Below, piece after piece: positions 17,704 through 28,500 of a stretch of DNA of 64,000 nt. Position numbers and translations under genes: made by a program. Source of the DNA: a bacterium (GTDB lineage: Bacteria; Chloroflexota; Dormibacteria; Aeolococcales; Bog-877). The DNA lies in the NCBI GenBank assembly GCA_021801645.1, contig JAJYXT010000051.1:1451-65450 (forward strand). The letters run 5' to 3'. The notes below the pieces were generated by a model. That model saw only the letters and a list, made by a program, of their open reading frames with translations, searched no databases and was not told where the DNA came from. The number at the start of each line of letters is the position of its first letter. Within the stretch, counting starts at the first letter, position 1.

Positions 17704-19014
17704 TCAGAGCCAGCCCCGAAGGGAGCGCTCCACCCCCTCCAGGGTGGGTTCGGCCCGCCGGATCCCCGGCAGTCCCGCCAGGTGCTCCTCGACGTAGGCG
17801 GTGTCCTTGAGCTGGTGCCCGGTGAGAACCAGCACCACCCTAGTCCCCGCGGGGACCTGGCCGCTCTGGCGCATCCTCCGGAGGCCGGCGAGGCTCGCGG
17901 CCGAGGCGGGCTCACATCCCACCCCGAGCTCGGCCAGCCGCCTCTTGGCCGTCTCGATCTCGGAATCCGGCACCGCGGCGGTGAGCCCTCGGGTCCTGAG
18001 GAGCGCCCTCATGGCTCGGGGCCAGTTGGCAGGCCGGCCGATGCGGATCGCGGTCGCCCGGGTCTCAGGATGGTCCTCAGGCACCAGCTCCTCCGCCCCT
18101 GAGGACCACATGCGGTGGAATGGGCTGGCGCCCTCGGCCTGGACCACCCCGAGACGGGGCACATCCGTAACCAACCCCGCGTCGGCCAGCTCCGAGATCC
18201 CCTTGCCCAGTGCGGAGACGTTGCCCAGGTTGCCGCCGGGCAGGATGAGGTAGTCGGGCGGCCGCCAGTCCAGCTGCTCCAAGAGCTCCACCACGGCCGT
18301 CTTCTGCCCCTCCAGGCGGAAGGGGTTGATCGAATTGGCCAGGTAGAGGTTGAGCCGGGGAGCCAGCTGCCGGAGGAGGAGGAACGCCTCGTCGAAGGTC
18401 TGCCCGGCCTGCACCACCATGGCCCCGAAGTCCAGCGCCTGGGCCAGCTTGGCGGCCGTGACCTGCCCCTCGGGCACCAGGACCAGAGCTCGCAGCCCCG
18501 CCCGGGCGGCGTAGGCAGCCATCGAGGCCGAGGTGTTGCCGGTGGAGGCGCAGGCAACCACGCCCCTCCCCAGGGCCCGGGCCTCGGTCACGCAGACGGT
18601 CATCCCGAGGTCCTTGAAGGAGCCGGTGGGGTTGACGCCGAGGTGCTTCACCCAAAGGCTCTCCAGCTGGAGCTCCTCCGCCAGCTGCGGGAGCTCCACG
18701 AGCGGCGTCCCTCCCTCACCCAGGGTGACCGCTTCCACCCCCGCCGGGGTCGAGGGCAACAGCTCCGAGAAGCGCCAAACCCCGCTCCGGCCCGCCGCGT
18801 CCCGGCCGGGCAGGCGCGCGCGCCAGCGCTCCGGCCAGGCGCGGGCCTCCTCCGGGTCCATCTCCAGCACCAGCTCGGCCAGCTGGCCGCAGCGTGGGCA
18901 GGAGTACACGCCATCCTCCCGGCTGAGCCAGGTGCCACAGGCGGGGTCAGAGCAGCGGATCCGGCTGGCCGCCGCGCGCCCGGAAGGGGCGGCGCCGGGG
19001 GACGGTTGGGTCAC
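17704..19014 (-). CDS. thrC: Threonine synthase
   Basis: The PLP lysine motif is TGSFKDLGMTV. It has an N-terminal Cys4 zinc ribbon (CSDPACG...CPRCGQ), ASTGNTSAS, and length 436 aa. Confidence 0.85.
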   Translation of the reverse strand: MTQPSPGAAPSGRAAASRIRCSDPACGTWLSREDGVYSCPRCGQLAELVLEMDPEEARAWPERWRARLPGRDAAGRSGVWRFSELLPSTPAGVEAVTLGEGGTPLVELPQLAEELQLESLWVKHLGVNPTGSFKDLGMTVCVTEARALGRGVVACASTGNTSASMAAYAARAGLRALVLVPEGQVTAAKLAQALDFGAMVVQAGQTFDEAFLLLRQLAPRLNLYLANSINPFRLEGQKTAVVELLEQLDWRPPDYLILPGGNLGNVSALGKGISELADAGLVTDVPRLGVVQAEGASPFHRMWSSGAEELVPEDHPETRATAIRIGRPANWPRAMRALLRTRGLTAAVPDSEIETAKRRLAELGVGCEPASAASLAGLRRMRQSGQVPAGTRVVLVLTGHQLKDTAYVEEHLAGLPGIRRAEPTLEGVERSLRGWL

Positions 19015-19943
19015 GCTGGGATCTCGATCCGTCTCAGCTGGGCCCCCAGGTTGTCGCCCGATGCCACCCGGGTGCTGGCGCTGATCCCGGCCCCGGCGAA
19101 GGCCTCCCGGAAGAGCTCGCTCACCTCGCCCTCGGATCCTCGCACCACCCCCACCACGGATGACCCCGCCCCGCTGAGGAACACCCCCAGCAGATCGGGG
19201 TGCCGCACATCGAGGCAGTCGGCGATGCCCGGGACCAGTTGGGCCCGGCGCCCCTGGTGCAGCCGGTCGGAGAACAGCTCCGGGGTGAGGCTGACGGGGT
19301 CGGAGAAGAACGCTGCCGTGAGCAGAGCCGCCCGCTGCAGATTCCAGGTCACATCCTCGCGATCGTAGCTGGAGGGGAGGACCGCTCGGGACGCGGAGGT
19401 GGGCAGCGCCAGCGCCGGGGTGGCGATCACGAACCGCAGCTGGCTGGGCAAATCGGTGCGCCGGGTGAGGACCTCGGAGGGGCTGTGGGCGGCCACCACG
19501 AAGCCCCCGAGGAGCGCCGCCGCGGCGTTGTCGGGATGACCCTCAAGCCGGGCGGCCACCCCGAGCAGCTCCTCCCGAGAGTGGCCTTCGCCATCCATCT
19601 CCCCACCGATCAGGACACCCGCCACTAGCGCGGCGGCGCTTGACCCCAGCCCCACCCCGATGGGGATCTGACTTCGGACGGCGAGGCGCACTCCGCCGGC
19701 CGCCTCTCCCGTCACCTCCGCCATCGCCCGGCAGATGAGGTTGTCCTGGCCGAGCGGGACCTGCTCGGAATCGGGCCCTTGATACGCCATCTCCACCCCC
19801 CCTTCGGGGATCCAGAGGCACTGGACCTCCAGGTAGAGGTCCAGCGCCAGAGCGGCGGTGTCGAAGGCGCTGCCCAGATTGGCCGAGCTCGCCGGAACCC
19901 GGACCAGGAGCCCTTGGTCCGGGCTACCGCGCAAGGTTGGCAA
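19011..19943 (-). CDS. thrB: Homoserine kinase (GHMP kinase)
   Basis: [13 protein letters not shown] and the GHMP motif [16 protein letters not shown] are present. There is a 4-nt overlap with thrC. Confidence 0.8.
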   Translation of the reverse strand: MPTLRGSPDQGLLVRVPASSANLGSAFDTAALALDLYLEVQCLWIPEGGVEMAYQGPDSEQVPLGQDNLICRAMAEVTGEAAGGVRLAVRSQIPIGVGLGSSAAALVAGVLIGGEMDGEGHSREELLGVAARLEGHPDNAAAALLGGFVVAAHSPSEVLTRRTDLPSQLRFVIATPALALPTSASRAVLPSSYDREDVTWNLQRAALLTAAFFSDPVSLTPELFSDRLHQGRRAQLVPGIADCLDVRHPDLLGVFLSGAGSSVVGVVRGSEGEVSELFREAFAGAGISASTRVASGDNLGAQLRRIEIPA

Positions 19944-20814
19944 AGGGGCGGCGGCGGCGGAAGTCGGAGGCCATCTCCTCCATGGTCACGAAGGTCACCC
20001 CCGGATGCGAGCGGATGTGCCCCAGCAGCCGCTCCAGCATCAGCAGCACCTGGGGCCGGCCGCTCACATCCGGGTGGATGGTGAGGGGGAAGACGGCATA
20101 GTCCATCTCTCGGTAGACCCAGTCGAACTCATCTCGCCACATCTGCTCCAGCTCTCTCGGGTTGACGAAGCCGTGGCTGTTGGGGGACTGCTTGATGAAC
20201 ATCATGGGTGGCAGATCGTCGAGGTACCAGTTGGCGGCGATCTCCACCAGGTCGACCTCCCGGCCGCGTTGAAGGGGGCGCATCCAGCTCTCGGCCGGCT
20301 GGGAATAGTCGACCTTGGTCCAGCTGTCACCCACGCGGGCGTAGAAGGGTAGGAAGTCGTGATAGCCCTGGCTGTTGTCGTAGGTGAAGCCATGGGCCAG
20401 GAGCAGCTCCGCGGTGGACTCGGACATCTCCCACCAGGGGGCCACGTACCCGCGGGGCCTGCGCCCACTCACCTTTTCGATCAGCTCCACACAGCGGGCG
20501 AGGACTGCGGCCTCCTGCTCCCTGGTCATGGCGATCGGGTTCTCGTGCGAGTAGCCGTGAGCGCCCACCTCGTGGCCCTGGGAAACGACCTGCTCGACCT
20601 GGGACGGGAACGTCTCCAGGGAGTGCCCGGGGATGAACCAGGTGGTGCGCAGCTGCAGGCGCCGGAAGAGCTCCAGGAGGCGGGGGATCCCCACCTCCCC
20701 GGCGAACATCCCGCGCTGGATGTCGGAGGGGGAGTCCTGCCCGCCGTACGAGCCCAGCCAGCCGGCCACAGCGTCCACGTGGACCCCGATCGCGCACCGG
20801 ATCTCCTTGGTCAT
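19924..20814 (-). CDS. Polysaccharide deacetylase (NodB-like / PuuE-like) family protein
   Basis: [24 protein letters not shown] and YVAPWWEMS fit a divergent NodB homology domain. No signal peptide is present. Confidence 0.65.
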   Translation of the reverse strand: MTKEIRCAIGVHVDAVAGWLGSYGGQDSPSDIQRGMFAGEVGIPRLLELFRRLQLRTTWFIPGHSLETFPSQVEQVVSQGHEVGAHGYSHENPIAMTREQEAAVLARCVELIEKVSGRRPRGYVAPWWEMSESTAELLLAHGFTYDNSQGYHDFLPFYARVGDSWTKVDYSQPAESWMRPLQRGREVDLVEIAANWYLDDLPPMMFIKQSPNSHGFVNPRELEQMWRDEFDWVYREMDYAVFPLTIHPDVSGRPQVLLMLERLLGHIRSHPGVTFVTMEEMASDFRRRRPFANLAR

Positions 20815-20884
20815 GCTCCTCCACGCCGGGCGCGGAGGCCCGGGGTTGGAGGGGCCGCCGCTCCCCGCGGCGACCCCTCCGGGA

Positions 20885-22495
20885 TCAGGCTGAAGGGGTT
20901 GTGGCCGGGTCCTCGGTGATCGAGGTGCCGGTCCAATGGGTGCCGCTCCAGTAGCCGATGTAGTAGAAGGCGAGGGCGATCACCGCGAAGATCAGGGAGT
21001 CGTAGGGGAAGGGGAGGATGTTGCGCCCGCCGAAGTCGGTGCCTCCGAGGAAGGACACGAGCAGGATCACCCCCAGGTAGGCCGGCATCCAGATGCCGTA
21101 AACGATGTCCTGCCGGGTGAGCGGGCGGGTGCGGCGATAGAAGCCGAGAAGGAGGACGCCCACCACCACCGAGGGGATGAGGATCCGCACCGCCGTCCAC
21201 CCGGACCAGTAGACCATGAGGCTGGCCACCACGAAGGCCAGCGGCCCCAGAACCGGCAGGGCGGGCATCCGGTAGGGCCGGGGCTCGTCGGGATGGCGCT
21301 GGCGGAAGATGGCGCACGCCAGTGGGCCGGGCGCGTACGACAGGACCAGCGCGGAGGCCACCAGGGGGAACAGGCTGGAGAAGGCCGGCAGCAGGATGAG
21401 GTAGATGGCCACCACCACCAGCACCAGGATGAGGGAGACCATGGGGATCCCCTGAAGGGTGAGGCGGGAGAAGATGGGCGGCAGGTAGTTGTCGTAGCGG
21501 GCCATGGTCTGGCCCACCCGGGCCGCGCCCCCCGAGTAGATGTACCCGTCCTTGAAGGAGGCGATCAGGGTGGTGACGACGGCGATCAGCCCGATGCTGG
21601 CGAGCCCGGCTCCGTTGGAGACGGTGACAAAGGGGAACTGCAGAGCGGAGAGCGAGGCCCAGGCGCCGGATCCCAGCTTCATGGCGTGCCAGTTGATCGC
21701 CCCCACGTAGAAGAAGCTCTCGAGGCAGAACAAGACGAGGACGATCACCATGGTGAGCAGGACCGCCCGGGGGATGGTCCGGCCCGGGTCCTTGACCTCC
21801 TCGGCGTAGTCAATCGGTTGGCGGAAGCCGCCGTACCCGTAGACGGTGGCGGAGACCGCTAGGAGCAGCCCGCTGGCCCCGGCCGGGAAGAGGCCGTGGA
21901 AGCTGGTGAAGTTGCTGCCGTGGAAGTGGGTGAGAAGGCCCACCATGACCACCACCAACCCCAGGATGGTGAAGATGGTGAGGGCGTTGTTGATCTCGCC
22001 CATGTAGCGGATGCGCAGGCTGTTGATCACCAGCATGGCGATCAGGGTGAGGAAGGCGATGAAGATCCCCAGCCAGGTGAGGGTCCCGTTGGCGAAGAAG
22101 GACGGGAACCAGTAGCTGAGGTACTCGACGAAGGCCACGATGATCGAGGGCACCGCCAGGGAGTAGCCGATGAACGCCCCCCAGGCGTTCAGCACCCCGA
22201 CCAGCGGCCCGCTGGCCCGGGCGGGGTAGTAGGCCACCCCGCCTGCCCGCGGCCACATGGTGCCCAGCTCGATGTACGACATGGCCAGCACCAGGATCAT
22301 GGCGAAGGCGATGATCCAAGAGAAGATCCCGGCCGGCCCGGCCAGCCCCAGGACCGAGACCGGGGTGAAGCCCACCGCCGGCCCGAGGATGGCTCCGGTG
22401 GCCAGGAAGACCACCGACCACAGGCCCAGGTCCTTCTTGTACGAACGGGACGCCTGCTCGGTGGCGGCGACCCCTGTCAAGGTCTGGTCAGACAC
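20885..22495 (-). CDS. APC-family amino acid/polyamine permease
   Basis: It is a 536-aa polytopic membrane protein (about 12-14 TM). The GTG start is preceded by GGGGGAAG. It is the first gene of the permease-deacetylase-thrB-thrC string. Confidence 0.75.
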   Translation of the reverse strand: MSDQTLTGVAATEQASRSYKKDLGLWSVVFLATGAILGPAVGFTPVSVLGLAGPAGIFSWIIAFAMILVLAMSYIELGTMWPRAGGVAYYPARASGPLVGVLNAWGAFIGYSLAVPSIIVAFVEYLSYWFPSFFANGTLTWLGIFIAFLTLIAMLVINSLRIRYMGEINNALTIFTILGLVVVMVGLLTHFHGSNFTSFHGLFPAGASGLLLAVSATVYGYGGFRQPIDYAEEVKDPGRTIPRAVLLTMVIVLVLFCLESFFYVGAINWHAMKLGSGAWASLSALQFPFVTVSNGAGLASIGLIAVVTTLIASFKDGYIYSGGAARVGQTMARYDNYLPPIFSRLTLQGIPMVSLILVLVVVAIYLILLPAFSSLFPLVASALVLSYAPGPLACAIFRQRHPDEPRPYRMPALPVLGPLAFVVASLMVYWSGWTAVRILIPSVVVGVLLLGFYRRTRPLTRQDIVYGIWMPAYLGVILLVSFLGGTDFGGRNILPFPYDSLIFAVIALAFYYIGYWSGTHWTGTSITEDPATTPSA

Positions 22496-22562
22496 CTCAG
22501 CTTCCCCCTACCAACATGGTCGTGACCTGCACCGTCCCGGCGCGCGAGGCTCCGGTCGCGCG

Positions 22563-22592
22563 AGGTTAGCAGTGGTCGAGCACCGATGTCAA
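22563..22592 (-). promoter_or_regulatory. Candidate promoter for the APC permease operon
   Basis: On the minus strand I read TTGACA (22587-22592), an 18-nt spacer, then TAACCT (22563-22568). It lies about 70 nt upstream of the GTG start. A 7-bp stem (CGCGCGA...TCGCGCG, 22541-22562) follows. Confidence 0.4.
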
Positions 22593-22781
22593 GCCAAGCG
22601 GTCAATTCATCCCCGAAGTGCAGCGGCACGCTGCGCCTAGCAGCATGCGAATGTAAGGCAGTCTCGGGGTGTGGCCTTCGCAAGTTGAAGATGCCAGCCC
22701 GGACAGCACGGGGCGACCTCGCATCTCGGCTCCGAGCCGGCCCGCCGGGCCTGGGCGACCGTTGGTACCATCTCCGCCACC

Positions 22782-23183
22782 ATGCTCAAACGTGTGCTGA
22801 CTGAGCACGCCGGGCCGGGGGATGGGGGTCAGGGAGCCCCACCACCGGTTGGAGTTGGCGAATTCAGCCGCCTCGCGGCTAGGTTCGCCGGCGGCGCGGA
22901 GACCGACCTCCCGGAGTCCGGCGGCGGAAGGGGCCGGTTCGGGGCCGATGCTCTCCGGGTGCGCGGCCGGATCTTCGCTTTGGAAAGCCACGGACAGCTG
23001 GTGGTCAAGCTGCCCGAGGCTCGGGCTCGCGAGCTCATCCTCCAGGGGACCGGGGTGCCGTTCACCGCCGGCCGGGGCGTCCCCATGCGCGGCTGGGTGG
23101 CGCTCCCCGCCCGGGACCCCGGCCTTCAGGAGAGGCTCGCCGAGGAGGCCTTCACCTATGTCCGGTCGCTCGGGCCGCGCTGA
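22782..23183 (+). CDS. TfoX N-terminal-domain-like protein
   Basis: FGADALRVRGRIFALESHGQLVVKLPEARARELI...GRGVPMRGWVALP resembles the TfoX/Sxy N-domain pattern. This is a weak call. Confidence 0.4.
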   Translation: MLKRVLTEHAGPGDGGQGAPPPVGVGEFSRLAARFAGGAETDLPESGGGRGRFGADALRVRGRIFALESHGQLVVKLPEARARELILQGTGVPFTAGRGVPMRGWVALPARDPGLQERLAEEAFTYVRSLGPR

Positions 23184-23190
23184 GCCGCCC

Positions 23191-24360
23191 GTGACCCGCT
23201 TTTCGGACTACGAGCAGGAGATCTACCTCCGGGGCAGCCGGGGGGAGGTGCCGGCGCTGCCCATGACGGCCCCGGAGATGGAGGCGAGCGCCCGCGAGGT
23301 GATGACCGCCCAGGCCTTCAGCTACGTGGCGGGATCGGCGGGGCTGGAGCAGACGGCACGGGCCAACCTCAGGGCCTTCCGGAGATGGAGCCTCCTGCCC
23401 CGGCAGCTCCAAGGTGTGGCGGAGAGGGACCTCTCGGTCGAGCTTCTGGGCAGACGGCTGCCCAGCCCGCTGCTCCTGGCTCCGATCGGTGCCCTGGGCG
23501 CCGTCGCTGAGGCCGCCGAGGTCAAGGTCGCCCGGGCGGCGGCGGGCCTCGGGGTCCCGATGGTCCTTTCCACCGTCTCCAGCACCAGGCTGGAGTTGGT
23601 CGCGTCCGAGCTCCAGGCGGCACCGTCGGGAGTTGGGTGGTTCCAGCTCTACTGGCCCAGCGACCGCGATCTCGCGCTGAGCTTGGTGAGCCGGGCGGAG
23701 GCGGCGGGGTACTCAGCCCTGGTGGTGACCGTGGACACCTGGACACTCGCCTGGCGTCCTCGCGACCTCGCCCACGGCTACCTGCCGTTCCTCACCGGGG
23801 AGGGGCTGGCCAACTATCTCTCCGATCCGGTCTTCCGCTCCCGGCTCGATGCCGATCCGGAGGCCGACCCGGCGGCGGCGATCGCTCTCTGGAGCCGGGT
23901 CTTCAGCCATCCCGGACTGCGCTGGGAGGACATCTCCTGGCTCCGGGGCCAGACTCGCCTGCCCATCGTGGTCAAGGGGATCTGCCACCCGGAGGACGCC
24001 CGACTGGCCGCCGAGGCCGGGGCCACCGCGCTGGTGGTCTCCAACCATGGCGGCCGCCAGGTGGATGGCGCGGCCGCGGCCCTGGACTGCCTGGCGGACG
24101 TCGCCTCCTCCTCCCCGCCCCTCCCCCTGCTCTTCGACTCGGGGATCAGGTCCGGAGCCGACTGCGCCAAGGCGCTGGCGCTGGGGGCCCGGGCGGTCCT
24201 CATCGGCCGCCCCTATGTGTACGGGCTGGCGGTGGGTGGCGAGGAGGGGGTGCGGCATGTCCTCCGCTGCCTCTTGGCAGAGCTGGACCTCACCCTGGGC
24301 CTGAGCGGGCATGCCCGGGTGTCCGATCTCTCCCCGGCGTCCCTGCGTCGCTCCGGCTGA
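23191..24360 (+). CDS. FMN-dependent alpha-hydroxy-acid oxidase/dehydrogenase (lactate/glycolate oxidase family)
   Basis: Trimmed from the 512-aa track ORF. VSNHGGRQVDG, LFDSGIRSGAD and GRPYVYGLA are family signatures. The start is either the GTG at 23191 or the ATG at 23158. Confidence 0.8.
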   Translation: MTRFSDYEQEIYLRGSRGEVPALPMTAPEMEASAREVMTAQAFSYVAGSAGLEQTARANLRAFRRWSLLPRQLQGVAERDLSVELLGRRLPSPLLLAPIGALGAVAEAAEVKVARAAAGLGVPMVLSTVSSTRLELVASELQAAPSGVGWFQLYWPSDRDLALSLVSRAEAAGYSALVVTVDTWTLAWRPRDLAHGYLPFLTGEGLANYLSDPVFRSRLDADPEADPAAAIALWSRVFSHPGLRWEDISWLRGQTRLPIVVKGICHPEDARLAAEAGATALVVSNHGGRQVDGAAAALDCLADVASSSPPLPLLFDSGIRSGADCAKALALGARAVLIGRPYVYGLAVGGEEGVRHVLRCLLAELDLTLGLSGHARVSDLSPASLRRSG

Positions 24361-24369
24361 GCCGGCGCC

Positions 24370-25380
24370 TCAGTCGGGCCGGGGGCTCTCGCCGTACCGG
24401 TAGGAGGGATCGGGGTAGCGGTCCCCGGCGGCCACCCCCGGGGGAAAGAGAGCGGAGAGCTCCAGCACCTGGCCCCGGCTGAGGACGACGGTCGCCGCCC
24501 CGGCGTTCTCCTCCAGTGCCGGGACGCGCTTGGTCCCGGGGATGGGGACGACATCCTCGCCCTGGTGCAGCAACCAGGCGATGGCCAGCTGGGCGGGGGT
24601 CGCGCCCAGCTCCGCCGCCAGCTTCTCCACCCGCGCCACCAGCTCCAGGTTGCGTTGGAAGTTCTCACCCTGAAAGCGAGGATTGTGGCGGCGGAAGTCG
24701 TCCTCGGCGAAGTCCTGGGGGCTGCGCAGCCGGCCCGAGAGGAAGCCGCGGCCAAGGGGGCTGTACGGGACGATGCCCACGCCCAGGGAGCGGGCCACCC
24801 CTAGCACCTCCTGCTCCAGATCGCGGGTCCAGAGGGACCACTCGCTCTGCAGCGCGGTGATGGGGTGCACGGAGCAGGCCCTTCTCAGGGAGTCCGCGCT
24901 CGCCTCGGAGAGCCCCAGGTGGCGCACCTTGCCCTCCGCCACCAGCTCGGCCATGGTCCCCACCGTCTCCTCGATCGGCACCTCGGGGTCGACCCGGTGC
25001 TGGTAGTAGAGGTCGATGTGGTCGGTCTCCAGCCGGGCGAGGGATCCCTCGCAGCTGCTGCGCACATAGTCGGGGCGACCGCAGATGGAGCTGGCCATCG
25101 GGCCGTCGTGGCGGATGCCGAACTTGGTGGCCAGGAAGACCCGCTCGCGGCGCCCACGGAGCGCCCGGGCCAGGAGGCGCTCGTTGGCCCCGCCGCCATA
25201 GGCGTCGGCGGTGTCCCAGAAGTACACCCCCAGCTCCAGGGCGCGGTCCAGGGTGCGCAGCGACTCGGCCTCATCCGCCGGCCCGTATGACTGGGACATG
25301 CCCATGCAGCCAAGTCCGAGGGCGGAAACCTCAGGCCCTCCCTGTCCCAGGCGGCGGATGGGGACGGGGTCCGGGCTCAC
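24370..25380 (-). CDS. Aldo/keto reductase
   Basis: [30 protein letters not shown] and DLYYQHRVD are present. Confidence 0.85.
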   Translation of the reverse strand: MSPDPVPIRRLGQGGPEVSALGLGCMGMSQSYGPADEAESLRTLDRALELGVYFWDTADAYGGGANERLLARALRGRRERVFLATKFGIRHDGPMASSICGRPDYVRSSCEGSLARLETDHIDLYYQHRVDPEVPIEETVGTMAELVAEGKVRHLGLSEASADSLRRACSVHPITALQSEWSLWTRDLEQEVLGVARSLGVGIVPYSPLGRGFLSGRLRSPQDFAEDDFRRHNPRFQGENFQRNLELVARVEKLAAELGATPAQLAIAWLLHQGEDVVPIPGTKRVPALEENAGAATVVLSRGQVLELSALFPPGVAAGDRYPDPSYRYGESPRPD

Positions 25381-25405
25381 CTAGTCAATTTAGCAGCGGG
25401 AGGGC

Positions 25406-26293
25406 TCAGCCGCCCAGCAGCTCCCTCCGGGCGCGGTCCATCTCCTCCCGCCTCGGGCCGTCAGGTGCCGGGATTCGCATGTCCAGCTGCGAGATGGCGT
25501 TCACCACCAGCCCCCCCACCAGCGCCCGGAGCTGGTACTTGTGGTCGGCAGGGACCACGTGCCAGGGAGCCCAGCTAGTGGAGGTGGCGGTGATCGCCTC
25601 CTCGTAGCAGCGCTGATAGGCGTCCCAGAGGCGCCGCTCCGCCAGGTCGCCGGGGGAGAACTTCCACCACTTCCTGGGGTCCTCCAGCCGCTCTAGGAGG
25701 CGGCGCCGCTGCTCCTCCTGGGACACGTGCAGGAACACCTTGACCACCCGGGTGCCCTGACGGTGCAGGTGGCGCTCGAATGCGTTGATGTCCTGGAAGC
25801 GGCGCCTCCAGAACCGGTCCGGCGGGGAGCCAGCCGTCTCCCTGCCCAGCAGCTCCGGGTGCACCCGGACCACCAGCACCTCCTCGTAGTAGGAGCGGTT
25901 GAAGATCACGATCTCGCCCCGTGCGGGGAGCCGCTGCTGGTAGCGCCAGAGGAAGTCGTGGGCCAGCTCCTCCCGGGAGGGCTGCTTGAAGGCGTACACC
26001 CGGCAGCCCTGGGGATTCACCCCGGACATCACGTGCTTGATGGTGCCGTCCTTGCCGGCGGCATCCTGGGCCTGGAGCACCACCAGCACTGAGTGCGTGG
26101 CGCTGGCGTACAGCAGCTCCTGGGCACGCTCCAGCTCCTGCACGAACCCCGCCAGGTCCTCCTCGACCATCTGCTTCCCGCCGTCCCCGTCGGGCCACCG
26201 GGTCATCACCCGGTCGGTGGGCCTGGAGGCGAGGCCGGCGGCCCGGCCGGGGCTCACTCGAAGCTCGCGGACCAGGTCCCGAGGCAGCCTCAC
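25406..26293 (-). CDS. Polyphosphate kinase 2 family protein
   Basis: VLVVLQAQDAAGKDGTIKHV (P-loop), FLWRYQQRLPARGEIVIFNRSYYEEV and WKFSPGDL are PPK2 signatures. Confidence 0.85.
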   Translation of the reverse strand: MRLPRDLVRELRVSPGRAAGLASRPTDRVMTRWPDGDGGKQMVEEDLAGFVQELERAQELLYASATHSVLVVLQAQDAAGKDGTIKHVMSGVNPQGCRVYAFKQPSREELAHDFLWRYQQRLPARGEIVIFNRSYYEEVLVVRVHPELLGRETAGSPPDRFWRRRFQDINAFERHLHRQGTRVVKVFLHVSQEEQRRRLLERLEDPRKWWKFSPGDLAERRLWDAYQRCYEEAITATSTSWAPWHVVPADHKYQLRALVGGLVVNAISQLDMRIPAPDGPRREEMDRARRELLGG

Positions 26294-26405
26294 GGCCCGG
26301 GCACCCGATGGACATCAGTGGCAGGCCTCCGAACCTGCAATTGGCAGCCCACCTGGCGATTGTCGCAGCGAGAGCTGTGAGTCGGTGGTGCTTTATCGTG
26401 GCGGG

Positions 26406-27437
26406 GTGCGGGAGGCTCTGATCCTGGGTGGCACCGGGGCCATCGGGACGGCGGTGGCCCGTCGGCTTCTGACCCACGGCTGGAAGGTGACCGTGACCGG
26501 GAGGGATGAGTCCCACGTGGACGCCCCGCTTCTGGGTCAGGGAGTGCGGTTCCAAGCCCTGGAGCGCACCGATCGGGGGGCGGTCGCCGCCGTCCTGGGC
26601 GCCGGCGTGGACCTCCTCCTTGACTGCGCCTGCTTCACCGCCAGGGACGCCGAGCTCCTCCTGCCCCTCCTGTCCCTGGTGGGCAGCCCGGTGATGGTCT
26701 CCAGCAAGGCCGTCTACATGGATGCCCGGGGACGTCACTCCAACTCCCCGGAACCCCCGTGTTTCGACGGTCCGATCCGGGAGGACCAAGCCACCCTGCC
26801 GCCAGGCGGAGGCTGGGGTCAGGACACCGGAGAGGGCTATGGACGCCACAAGGTGGCGGCCGAGCGGGTCCTCCTGGAGAGCGGAGCGCCGGTCACGGTC
26901 CTGCGCCCGTCCAAGGTGCACGGCCGGAGGGCTCGCCCGCCGCGCGAGTGGGTCTTCGTGAAACGCGCCTTGGACCAGCGGCCCTTCGTGCTCCTGGCCC
27001 GCGAGGGCCGGGGCGTCGACCACCCGACGTCAGCCGCCAACCTCGCCGCCCTGGTCGAGCTGGCGGCGGAGAAGCCGGGGCCGAGGGTGCTGAACGCCGC
27101 CGACCCGGATGCTCCCGAGGCGCTGGAGATCTCCCGCGTGGTGGCGGCCCACCTGGGACACCGGTGGGAGGAGGTGCTGCTCCCGGAGGGAGCCCGCCCG
27201 GAGCTGGGGGATCACCCCTGGAACCGCCCCTTCCCCATCGTCCTGGACATGTCGGCCGCCGAGCTCCTGGGGTACCGGCCGGTGGGTGGTTACTCCTCGA
27301 CGGTGGTCGAGGAGCTGGACTGGCTCACGGACCTCGCCGGGTCAGACCCATGGCCACGGGAACTGGGAGACGGCTACTTCTCCCGGTACTTCGACTACGA
27401 GGCGGAGGACCGGTTCCTGGAGCGGCGCGCCGGCTGA
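26406..27437 (+). CDS. NAD-dependent epimerase/dehydratase family protein
   Basis: Trimmed to a GTG near 26406 (VREALILGGTGAIGTAV is a GxxGxxG Rossmann motif). YGRHK is a candidate YxxxK. The start is uncertain (26385-26406). Confidence 0.65.
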   Translation: MREALILGGTGAIGTAVARRLLTHGWKVTVTGRDESHVDAPLLGQGVRFQALERTDRGAVAAVLGAGVDLLLDCACFTARDAELLLPLLSLVGSPVMVSSKAVYMDARGRHSNSPEPPCFDGPIREDQATLPPGGGWGQDTGEGYGRHKVAAERVLLESGAPVTVLRPSKVHGRRARPPREWVFVKRALDQRPFVLLAREGRGVDHPTSAANLAALVELAAEKPGPRVLNAADPDAPEALEISRVVAAHLGHRWEEVLLPEGARPELGDHPWNRPFPIVLDMSAAELLGYRPVGGYSSTVVEELDWLTDLAGSDPWPRELGDGYFSRYFDYEAEDRFLERRAG

Positions 27438-27455
27438 GCGCCGCCGCTCTCACGG

Positions 27456-28310
27456 TCAGCGGACCAGGGCGGACACCAGGGCGGTGCAGAGGAAGAAGGC
27501 GAAGAGGTAGAGGATGGAGTAGCGGAAGAGCTGGCGGGCCCAGCGCATCGAGCGGCCCTCCCGCAGCACCCTTAAGGCGAGATAGAGGAAGACGGCCCCG
27601 AGCCCGCCCGCCACCGCCAGCTCCCAGGGACCCAGCCAGACCGCCAGCGCGAGGCTGGCCAGGACCATCACCAGGGTGTAGGTGAGGATGGCCTCGCGGG
27701 TCCGGCTCACCCCCAGCTCCACCGGCCGCATGGGCACCCCGGCGGCCTGATAGTCGCGACGCACGATGAGGGAGAGTGCCCAGAAGTGGGGCGGAGTCCA
27801 GAGGAAGATGAGGAGGAAGAGGGCCAGGCCGATAGGACCCACTCCGTGGGTCACCACCGCCCATCCCACCAGTGGCGGAACGGCGCCGGCGGCGCCGCCG
27901 ATCACGATGTTCTCCTTGGTGGTGCGCTTCAGCCAGAGCGTGTAGACGAACACGTAGTAGGCCCCGCCGGCGACCGAGAGCGCGGCGGCGACGGGGTTGG
28001 CCAGCCACAGGAAGGTGGCGAAGCCGAGGGCGCTGAGCACGAGGCCAAAGACGATGGCCCGGTTCGGGGAGATCCTGCCCGCGGGGACGGGGCGGTTGCG
28101 GGTCCGGCCCATGACGGCGTCGATGTCCCGGTCGTACCAGCAGTTGACCGCCGAGGCACCGCCGGCTGAGAGCGCACCACCGAGGAGCGCCACGGCGCTC
28201 GGACCCCAGCCAGGGAAGCCCCGGGCGGCGGTGACCATCGCCAGGTACTCGGTCACCAGGAGCAAGCTCATCACCCCGGGCTTGGTGAGGCTGAGGTAAT
28301 CCTGGAGCAC
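27456..28310 (-). CDS. ctaB: Protoheme IX farnesyltransferase (heme O synthase)
   Basis: LSLTKPGVMSLLLVT, NCWYDRDIDAVMGRTRNRP and WTPPHFWAL are UbiA-fold CtaB/CyoE signatures. Confidence 0.85.
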   Translation of the reverse strand: MLQDYLSLTKPGVMSLLLVTEYLAMVTAARGFPGWGPSAVALLGGALSAGGASAVNCWYDRDIDAVMGRTRNRPVPAGRISPNRAIVFGLVLSALGFATFLWLANPVAAALSVAGGAYYVFVYTLWLKRTTKENIVIGGAAGAVPPLVGWAVVTHGVGPIGLALFLLIFLWTPPHFWALSLIVRRDYQAAGVPMRPVELGVSRTREAILTYTLVMVLASLALAVWLGPWELAVAGGLGAVFLYLALRVLREGRSMRWARQLFRYSILYLFAFFLCTALVSALVR

Positions 28311-28500
28311 CTGGCGGAGCGGCCGGGAGGCCAGCCCCGGGGCCGCCAGCAGATCCCCCTCCGCTGTCGCCCGGGCTAGCGCGGAGTCCGCGATGACACC
28401 TTCCTCCCTGAGAGCACCGCTACGGAGACAGACGAGCGGGAACGATCATATCGCCGCCGAGCCGGCCATCCCGGGCGTCGGCAGGGTCCGGGCGGCAACC

